Assembly: GCF_001194135.2 (NCBI RefSeq)
Contig: NC_068982.1
Location: 56,558,659 to 56,604,692 of the forward strand
Source of the DNA: Octopus bimaculoides
Lineage: Eukaryota
DNA length: 46,034 bases
Reading direction: 5' to 3'
The notes under the pieces were generated by a model. That model was not told the origin of the DNA and ran no database searches. It was given only the letters and a program-made list of their open reading frames with translations. Of this stretch, positions 36,836 to 46,034 are shown one piece after another. Numbering within the stretch: position 1 is the first letter of the stretch; each line of letters begins with the position of its first letter. A program made the position numbers and the translations under genes.

Positions 36836-37689
36836 TTTGACTATCGTAGTTTGCAAGGTGTTCTGGCATTACATACGTTACATATTATTACTTACACAGT
36901 AGATATATGTAATAGTTAAGTTATATATCATGCACTTTATTGTTTTGTTATGCGCGTGATCCCCTGGATTGTTTTGCAGGAAACTAGTCCACAGAATAAA
37001 AAAAAAAGGTAGAGAATCGCTGCTTTATAGGGCTTCAAAAGTTTGTGAGAAGCATTCGGACCATGCTTGTGCTTTGAAGAAACCTGGCACAAATGCTTGC
37101 AACATGGGTGGATTTCGCTCGCCAACGTTCATACAATTCCGCTAATCCACCACCTCGGACTGGTACGTCTTTTTATCGACTCTTTAAAAAAAAAAAATGA
37201 AAAGCGAAGTTTACCTCGGCAGGATTTGAACTTAGTTTACAGATGGTCAAAACAAATACTGAAAGCATTCCGTCCAATGTCCTAACGAGTTTGCCAATTC
37301 GCCGACTTCATATGTGTATATTTCGGGTTTGTATTTGCTTTGCAAGATTCTGGATTTGAAAATGTATCGTTATCGATATTGCCTTATTTTTTTTTTCTTT
37401 ATTTTAGGACCGTTCGATTAATAACAACGCGCGTAGAAATTGTAGTTCGCCTCTTTATTGTTGATCAGTTAATTATTGATTGGTTGTCAAAATCTTTCGT
37501 CACACATCTGTAATTTTCTAATACCCTCTTTCTGCAAGCTGATAGAGCGAGTTTATAATCACTAAACTTACATTATTTAATGATTCTAGATTTACGGCAA
37601 AGTTCAAATTCTCATTATTTAAGACATTTTGTAAACGATCTGTTGGGTTATTGCTGCATTTTTTGCTAACTCTGTATAATCATTATTTC

Positions 37690-38515
37690 AGAAAATAATA
37701 ATGGCAGACTTTCACGAAGACATTAGATATAAGTCTTATATGATAGGGAAAGGTCAATTTGTCAGAAAAAGCAAAAGAAAATCAGTACATCAGATTTAAA
37801 GGCTCTTAAACAAACTGAAAAATCCAGCAGAAGATTTGAATTGGTTTTTCTCAAATGAGAACACTTCGACCAAGATCAAAAAGTTAACTGAAGAAATGAA
37901 AGATGGTTGTGTGCAGACCCTTCTGAAGTTCCAAGTGTTATGCATACAAAATTTCCTGCGACTGTCATGGTTTTAGGGGTTGTCAGTAATGAAATATGTC
38001 TCCTTACTTTTTTCCACAAAGCCTACACTGAGGTCCTGGAAACAATTATCAAGCCCTGGATAAACAGCGTATGCAATGGAAGGTCATATGTGTTTCAGTA
38101 AGACTCTGCACTATCACACATGGCTCTAGTAACACAGGAATGGATTGCTGAAAATTAACCCCTAACATTTGGCCCCCTAATTCCCCAGATCTCAATTCAT
38201 TGGACTATTACACGTAGAGCGTTGTTGAGAGAGAGGTCAATGATCACGCCCACAACACCAAAGATTCTTTGAAAGCTGCCATAGTCAGTGTAATGACCAA
38301 AATGAACCAGAACCATTTGATTCGAGCATGTAGAGGATTTAGATCTCAAAGAAGCAGTTGTTGAAACTGAAGGTGGCTTTATTGAATAACATTATAGAAA
38401 AGATTTATTTTTATCCTCATAGCATTTTTTGATAAATAAAGTTATGTTATTATATATATATATCTTTTTTTTTTTTATAAACATAAATCTGTCCTCAAAT
38501 ATCTTACGCACCCTG
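37690..38515 (+). mobile_element. 5'-truncated, decayed Tc1/mariner-superfamily transposon (maT/DD37D-like, inferred)
   Basis: Frameshifted transposase HEDIRYKSYM...WFFSNE...HTKFPATVMVLGVVSNE...KPWINSVCNGRSYVFQ*DSA...WPPNSPDLNSLDYY...EGGFIE*. First catalytic D is mutated to N. Right TIR ends CACCCTG|TA; no left TIR found. Confidence 0.9.
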
Positions 38516-39014
38516 TATGTGTGTGAGTGTGTATAATCAATTCTAGTATGTTAGATCCACATTCGGGATTAAATAATCCAAAAAAAATCCACTGGTTAAT
38601 CACTATTATATAATGAGAAAATCTCTGTAATATGTTAGTCATTATTGTAATAATACGTATTAATATTGAAAGAAAGAAAATGGAGAAAGATAGGAATGAT
38701 GCCTACAGAATTCTGTATGCAAGAAAATGTTAACCTTACTTCTATAAGCTCATAATAACCTTGAAGAAGTTCTGCCCCATATAGTTAAAAATGATACCAT
38801 TCTTAGCATATAACCAAATGCTTAGAATTGCATATCAACTAGGGGCTTAAAACCGGAACATATATGTGGGTTTGTTTGTTTTTGCATCTCCCATTTTCTT
38901 TTTGTATTTTACTACTTGTAATTTATTTGTACTATTATTTTTTTTTTATTTCAACATTTTTATATCATACAAATAAATTATTCATACATCCATCTTTCGC
39001 CATTTTCTTTCTTT

Positions 39015-39099
<85 letters not shown>

Positions 39100-39491
39100 T
39101 AATACAAAGAATATATATACATGTATACACACATATATGTACATACTTACATCTACATGTGTACATATATGCATATCAGGGTACAGGACGTTAGAACAAT
39201 TAACTACAGACAACGGAACGAACACATAGGAAAACGGAAAGCCACTTGGAATATTCCTTCATCAGCTGCCTCTATTCTAACCTGATGTTTCGAAGCTCTT
39301 CGAAACGTCAGGTTAGAATAGAGAGCCGATGAAGGAATATTCCAAGTGGCTTTCCGTTTTCCTACGTGTTCGTTCCGTTGTCTGTAGTTCATTGTTCTAA
39401 CGTCCTGTACCCTGATATGCATATATATACACATGTAGATGTAAGTATGTACATATATGTGTGTATACATGTATATATATTCTTTGTATTA
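39100..39491. repeat. 392-bp near-perfect palindrome (fold-back) beside a long (TA)n
   Basis: Arms of about 195 bp with few mismatches or indels, 2-nt loop at 39296-39297 (TTTCGAAG ct CTTCGAAA). Confidence 0.95.
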
Positions 39492-42280
39492 TTACATTAT
39501 TGAACGCACACGTCCTTTTTTGCANNNNNNNNNNNNNNNNNNNNNNNNNNNNNNNNNNNNNNNNNNNNNNNNNNNNNNNNNNNNNNNNNNNNNNNNNNNN
39601 NACACGAACCATGCTATTAAGGAGATTTAAAAAAAACATTTACAATCCACGGAATGTGCATATTTTGTGATTCTACGATTATATATGGGTTCGAAACGGC
39701 TGGAGTATTTTTCTTATAAGCACTAACTTGGGGTAGAGACTTCAATCTATTCGTTCCCTGATCCTCTAAAAAATAAATAATTAAATTAGAGCGCTTTTAT
39801 TATCAAAAGGAATCCTTTTATAGGTCTCTGTATATGTGTGTTTGTGTGTACTTGTGGAATCAGAAGTTGTAATGCCCTGTAGATACACACATCTTCCTTT
39901 ACACCTTGTAAGGATAACAAGTTTGCTGAAGCGTATCACCGTCTTTCTGTACTCACTTATATGCCGCAGGTATTGTGTGTGTGTGTGTGACTGTCAGTAC
40001 ACATGTCTGTGTGTGTTGTGTTGTAGAAGAGCAGTAAGGCGCATGCGCGGGTGTCTCTTTCAAAGAGAGAGAGAAAAAAAAAAAACCACAACGCAGAGCT
40101 TGTAGTTAACAGGGCCAAACCTGCAGATAAGACAAAGGTCAACAGGCAGCCACCTGGGTGTTCCACACAACCAGTAATTTGGCCGTTAGGCTGTATGTTC
40201 ATATTCATATACACGCACACATAAATGTATGCGTAAGTGTGTATTAATATGAATGTGTGTTATGTAGTCGAGCATGCTGTGACGCAGAATAACAAGGTAA
40301 TGCGAGGGGTGGGGGGGTGAGAGATGGGGGTACGCACAACGGATACATTATAATATTCGGGTGAAAGGGGAGGCGGCAGGGTATAGAGACGAGTGTATTA
40401 ATAAATTGGCCTAGTTGCTGATGATAATGTTGTTGATGGTGGTAGTGGTGGGTTGAAGTTCATAACTACGTAATAGCAAGAGCACCAGCAGAAGAAGTTT
40501 TTGTTATGAAATTAAACAATCGCAGTCTTTCCATTCGTCTAAAAATTGATCGCTCGACTTTGCTTGCTAAAAGTTGCAACCAAATTACCCTTCGTTATCA
40601 AACCCTACCCTTTCAATAATAACGTTTCTAATTTCGGAACCAGAAAGGCAATTTTGAAGGGCGGGTGCATGACGATTTTACATCGTCATTAGTACTCGAC
40701 AAGTACGTATTTATATTTTACCGACCACACTCAACTAGTACATAAAGACTAGGAACTAATACTGCAAGGTATCTCCCCATGATTCAGGAACGACTGTCAA
40801 TCTGTAGTAGTAGTAGTAGTAGTAGTTTTATTGACGTTGGTAGCAGTACAAAACACAGGATACAAGATTGAGGGTGTTTACATGAAATCAAGCAAAGAAA
40901 TTATCAGTAACATAGTATGACGAAAGCTCCGATTCGGTGCCAATCAAGGAACCCCATAAATCTAGGATTACTAAGCCCAATCAAGGGTATTGTGGCATCT
41001 TCCAGCTGTCATCTTTCCCCATAACGGGCACCTCATGAAAGTAGGTCCAGTCACTCGAACTCTGTTTACCAATATCAATCAACTTCGAATGAATTTACGG
41101 TGTGAAAATTTCATTTACCACCATAACCTTCCTCTCCAGATGAAACTTGGAAAACTCAGCTACGGCTTGACCGTTAGGGAACGTGTCTATCTTCAGCTTC
41201 AAGATGACCCTTCTACTTAAGCTAGCATAAAAGTATTTGTAAAGGCAGAAACAATCAAAATCTATGTAACGATTCACAGCATGGCCGCAGCTCTAAGCTG
41301 AAACTATAAATAAATAAAAAATACTACCATCCATCCATCTGCATCCACTTACACATCCAAACATATTGGGTACATGCATACATTTCTAATGAAGAACCTT
41401 TTTTTTGGCTAGTAAAGACTGGTTTAAAAGGTACGAAAAGCACTCGAATTTGTACAACATAATAACTAGCGAAGCTGTCAGCGCTACTACAGAAGCGACT
41501 ACTTATCTATCCTGGGTAGCTGGAAAAAATGGATTTTGAAGCAGTACGCACCAGAGTATAAGCATACAATGTTGTTGAAACTGCATTCTGGAAATTCATG
41601 CCCAACGAAACATTTATTTCTCGAGGAGAAAAAAGTTAGCATCAATATTCATGCTTCTAGTGAGGGAGGGGCGAAAGTCGCTGAAGATATGAAACTAAAT
41701 GTGCCTACGCGTGTCGTATCACACCGAAAAAATCCGGGCGCTTCCAAAGGAGATATCTTGTCCACGGATAGCGATGACGGAGATAATGAAGTCAAACCAA
41801 ATATTGATATTTTGAATGCATTTAATACGCACGTTTCAGATAACTGCACAAAAGAGAGAAAGGAATTCATCTCTTACACAACATCTTCGTCAGATATTTC
41901 AAAATATGAACGATAGTGCAAATACACCCTTTATATACAATACAGCCTCAGGTAGTTTATATCAAGGTAGCCCATCTACTAGAAGAGGAAAGGACATAGC
42001 TTGAAGAATAGAATAGAATAGTAGGGGAGTAGAAAAGAAAGCGTAAAAAAGAGGGAGGAAGCAGCGAATGAAATATATAACTAAACAGATAAACGAAAAC
42101 ATGAACAAGAACAGAATCACCATTCTGAAGCGTTCTTGTACTAACCCGCAAATCTAATATGAGAAAAGGGGACAACAAAGAACGGAAGATATATATACAT
42201 ACAAACGGAGGTGGTGAGAGAGGCCAAGTGAACAAAGAGAAATTTGACTTGCTAAAAATAACAGCCAAACTTCACTTATA

Positions 42281-42515
42281 CAGGGTGTCCATAAATTTTC
42301 ACAATCTGCATAGTTCATTGTACTAATTAAAGATGAAATCCATCAATCAACTTCTTTGCATGTTAAATTAATATCAATAAAGTGTTGTGATGCTTCTAAT
42401 AGAACTTTATTTGTTTGCCAAAGCTTTTCCAGTAAACTAACCAATTACCCTTCATTTTCAGTTCTTTTTTCCTGGTGTATTTTTCAAATTATAAAGGTAA
42501 TTTGTGAGCACCCTG
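42281..42515. mobile_element. Tc1/mariner-type MITE (235 bp)
   Basis: TA|CAGGGTG ... CACCCTG|TA termini with TA duplication. Confidence 0.75.
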
Positions 42516-43219
42516 TATTAAAACCACACTAACAAAGAATTTCGGTTGATGACGTGGTCCTACACTGATGATCTTGAAGAGCTTGGGCAGGGAATGGAAC
42601 AACAGAAGGACAGGAAGCATACACACGGACGCTGATTACTCTTGTATTTCTTCCACTCATGTGACAGCGGCCATATTGGAGCTAGAAACGACTATAAAAG
42701 CAAGGCCCGGCTGAGAGAACATCCAAAACAGTGGCGATACAACATTGAAAGTAACTTATGTACAAGCTGTACCAGAACGTTATCTCTTCATAAATTTAAA
42801 TAACGCAACATAGAATATTATACATACATAAACACAGGCAAAAAGAATGTGTGTGACTGTATCTTTGCGTATTTGTGTGTATATATGTGTATACAAAGGC
42901 GTATATGTGTATAAATATATGTGCGTATACGTTTATTTATATATACATATATTAATATGTATATGTGTGTATACACACGCGCATATATACACATATTTGT
43001 GTGTGCGTGTGTGTGTGTGTGTGTCTATATATATAGATAGATACATATATATATATATATACACATATATACACATATACACACATTACACATACATATA
43101 TACATATATTACACATACATATATACATACATATATATATACATACAGATGTACACGCACATATATATATACACATATATATACACACACATCTATACAC
43201 ATATATTATACACATGTAT

Positions 43220-43284
<65 letters not shown>

Positions 43285-44224
43285 ACACACATATATACAG
43301 ACATACATACACACATTATATATGTTTCCACAGATGTATATATAGTACGTACACAAACACACCATAAACGAACACCGCTTCTAGCATTTATTTTCTTCGA
43401 AATTCATAGATTTGTTTATATTGAAAGTTTACATGTACAAAACACACACACACACTATGTTTGTAGATATGAATGTGTGTGTTCGCTGTGCGCGTCTGTA
43501 AAGAGCCGACAGAAAGCTTTTCTTTGGGAATTCAGTGTTGGAACAAAAAAGTTTTAAAAAATAACAAAAAAAAAAAAAACAAGAAAAATGTAGGTGTGAC
43601 GGGGTGGAGTGTGTGTGTGTGTGGGGGGGCGTGCCAGGAAATTCAAAACCCAGATATCACAACAGCGTGAAAGGAAGAGGGCATGCATAAAAGAATGCGC
43701 GAGACCTAACAAACATTCATTCGCTTACAGCCAGCCCTCTGCACATGTAACAAACTCTGAACGTCTAACGTTATACACAGAAGCAAGCACGTATGGATAC
43801 ATATATATATATATTCACATACGATCATATACGTAGATACACTGGAACATGCTATATATACGTATACACACATACACAATTACAGAATCAGTTCATGCAG
43901 ATTGTATGTACTGAAGTATGTATGCATATACACCAACGGTAGAAAAAAAAATTAATGGAAATGTACAAGATACACAAATTAATATATAATATACAGAGAA
44001 TATCCGAAATATATAAATCATACAATATATACACAATAAACATACAGTAAATACATACGCATATCTGTCTGTCTCTATACGTACACGCACACACAGACAC
44101 ACGTGCATAATACATAGGTATTATATTATTATACACAACAACATCCACATTGAAGACAGGGCTCCATCACGCCCTTGGTCACAGTGTCCGGAAAAAAATT
44201 ATAGAATATACGCACACATATATA

Positions 44225-44451
44225 TTGGGTTGTCCGGAAAGTTCGTGCCGATTTATAGTAGCTTACTTTCGACTTATTTGCCATGAAACCACCTCAATTA
44301 TGGGAGGAGGGTATTTTCAAGTTAAAGGAAAGATGGAGACGCATTGTGCAACAAAATGGTTCATATTTGGTTGATTAAAAATGTAATGGCAAGTATTTAT
44401 TGACCTTTTTCTTTCCTTTAAAAATCAGCACGGACTTTCCAGACAACCCAA
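44225..44451 (+). mobile_element. mariner-derived MITE (227 bp) retaining the transposase C-terminus
   Basis: 30-bp TIRs TTGGGTTGTCCGGAAAGTTCGTGCCGATTT with 3 mismatches, TA flanks, internal EGIFKLKERWRRIVQQNGSYLVD*. Confidence 0.9.
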
Positions 44452-45184
44452 TACAATGTTCATCTATATTACATGACAATATATGCATAGTGCATATAAT
44501 ACACACATATAAAACTATATATTAGGTATGTAACGTAATATATTTACGAAGTAATATACACACACCTATCTATTACATAGGTTATAGAATATATAAAGCC
44601 GTCAGAAGGCGGCGAGCTGGCAGAAACATTAGCATGCCGAGAGAAATGCTTAGTAGAATTTGAACCTAGAACGTAAAGACAGGCGAAATACCGCTGAGGT
44701 CGAGTCTGCCTTTCGTCCTTTCAGGGTCGATAAATTAAGTACCAGTAGCGTACTACGGTCGATATAAACGACTGGTCACCTCACCTAAAATTTCAGGCCT
44801 AGAGTAGAAAAGAATATATAGTCGTCAGTTTTCCATCCCGTCACCCTCTAACAAAATCAAACTACAAACCGCATCTAAAAGTGACTATTTCCCCCGGCCT
44901 GCCCGTTCAGCCATGGACATGGAAAATAGTTTGACACCAGAGTTTTGTTCATTAAGGCGGGTAACATCCAGTAACTCAACCTGCACAAATTTACAGCGAA
45001 AAACCTTACGAACCACACCATAACGGCACAGTTATTGATGTACAAATGTTGAAATAGTCAAGGCAAGAATGCTTTCCATAATTGCTTTGTTTGAATATGA
45101 ATAGGGAATTAACAGCGGGGGGGGGGGTAGAGGATATAAACACAACAGAACAGTACAGACAGTTCACAACAGCATTTCTCCGCA

Positions 45185-45224
45185 GATTTCTTGAAGAGGG
45201 AACCTCAGTCCCGAAATATTGAAT
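45185..45224 (+). ncRNA. Minimal hammerhead-like motif, probably decayed
   Basis: TTC TTGAAGA GGGA acctcag TCCC GAAA TA TT GAA: 4-bp stem II, palindromic AUAU mini stem III, 3-bp stem I. C3 is U and N17 is U. Confidence 0.45.
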
Positions 45225-45618
45225 ATATATATATTATACTATAAGCTAAGCCCGGTTTCACCCGGTCGGTTTGGATGATGTGGCTGTAAAACCTGCTCTG
45301 TGTAAGCATTTGACTTGTTTGAGCACGCTTATGTTAAAAGACAATTTTAGAATGACTTTTTTTCTGTCAAAACGCTAAAAATAAGTGTCCAAGAAAAAAG
45401 AAAAACAACCAAGATTCAACCAAATCAAAAAATAAACCCAAATACTAAGCGAACAAAGATGAACCATCCCACTTTCATTGCGCACACACATTCACAAGTC
45501 AAATGCTTACACAGAGCAGGTTTTACAGCCACATCATCCAAACCGACCGGGTGAAACCGGGCTTAGCTTATAGTATAATATATATATATTCAATATTTTG
45601 GGACTGAGGTTCCCTCTT
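45194..45618. repeat. Inverted repeat with 125-bp arms (1 mismatch) and 175-bp spacer
   Basis: 45194-45318 is the reverse complement of 45494-45618 except CCCGAAA versus CCCAAAA. Confidence 0.95.
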
Positions 45619-46034
45619 TTACATACACATATATTCACAGAGTTGAAACGCTGATTTATTTTTTCAGCGTACACTAGCAAGTATGACATCACCCCTTCCT
45701 TCCATCCTTATTCATCAATCATCCGTTCCTTTCTCATTCTTAAACACAAAAGTATTATTATAGTAGATTATCTCAGTAACCATGGGAGCTATGAAAAAAA
45801 ATACAAAGCCCAGCATCAAAAACGGATCATTCTACACATCTTTGTAATTTTTCGTGCAGTTCAGAGATTTAACATCGCTTGTTTATACTTTTTCGAGATC
45901 AGTGAATATTCGTCACTGGAAAAAAGTATATATGTATTTGCATCGGGAGCCCTTCGCATCGAAGATCGGTGATTGTCGTCCGGTAAATACCCAGAAACCC
46001 GGGTCCGTGCGTATCACGTCAAATCGACGATGGG

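Noticed and set aside
39245-39345. Complete type II or type I hammerhead within the fold-back (CTGATGAAGG plus GAAACGTC)
   Set aside because: Stem I does not pair in either permutation, CTGATGT lacks A9, and CTGATGAAGGAATATTCC is not followed by GAAA. Only a half motif is claimed.
42847-43557. 236-aa YI/HT/CV-rich ORF and many similar ORFs
   Set aside because: Translations of (TA)n, (CA)n and (GA)n microsatellites and SINE bodies.

Overview
Eukaryotic, AT-rich, repeat-saturated scaffold with eight N-gaps. The SINE families resemble those I recall from Octopus; this is inference, not verified. Only one coding exon is well supported. It is a 476-nt minus-strand exon (24278-24753) of an RGM (repulsive guidance molecule / hemojuvelin) family gene, with clean splice sites, the six-Cys N-domain and the GDPH self-cleavage motif. 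Its signal-peptide exon and C-terminal exon were not found. The rest is three tRNA-derived SINE families, an RTE LINE 3' end, a decayed Tc1/mariner transposase, mariner, hAT and piggyBac-type MITEs, and microsatellites. Nearly all ORFs in the supplied track are microsatellite or SINE artefacts. Less obvious signals: (1) a hammerhead-ribozyme-like fold with an intact core at 2972-3050, plus three or four decayed minimal hammerheads; (2) three fold-back inverted duplications beside (TA)n tracts that look like Penelope-like element ends; (3) a roughly 10-kb CpG-decay domain around the RGM exon; (4) a 5.8S rRNA fragment fused to a SINE; (5) a tandem CCCH zinc-finger remnant only partly covered by the ORF track. 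All RNA folds were done by eye and no searches were run.
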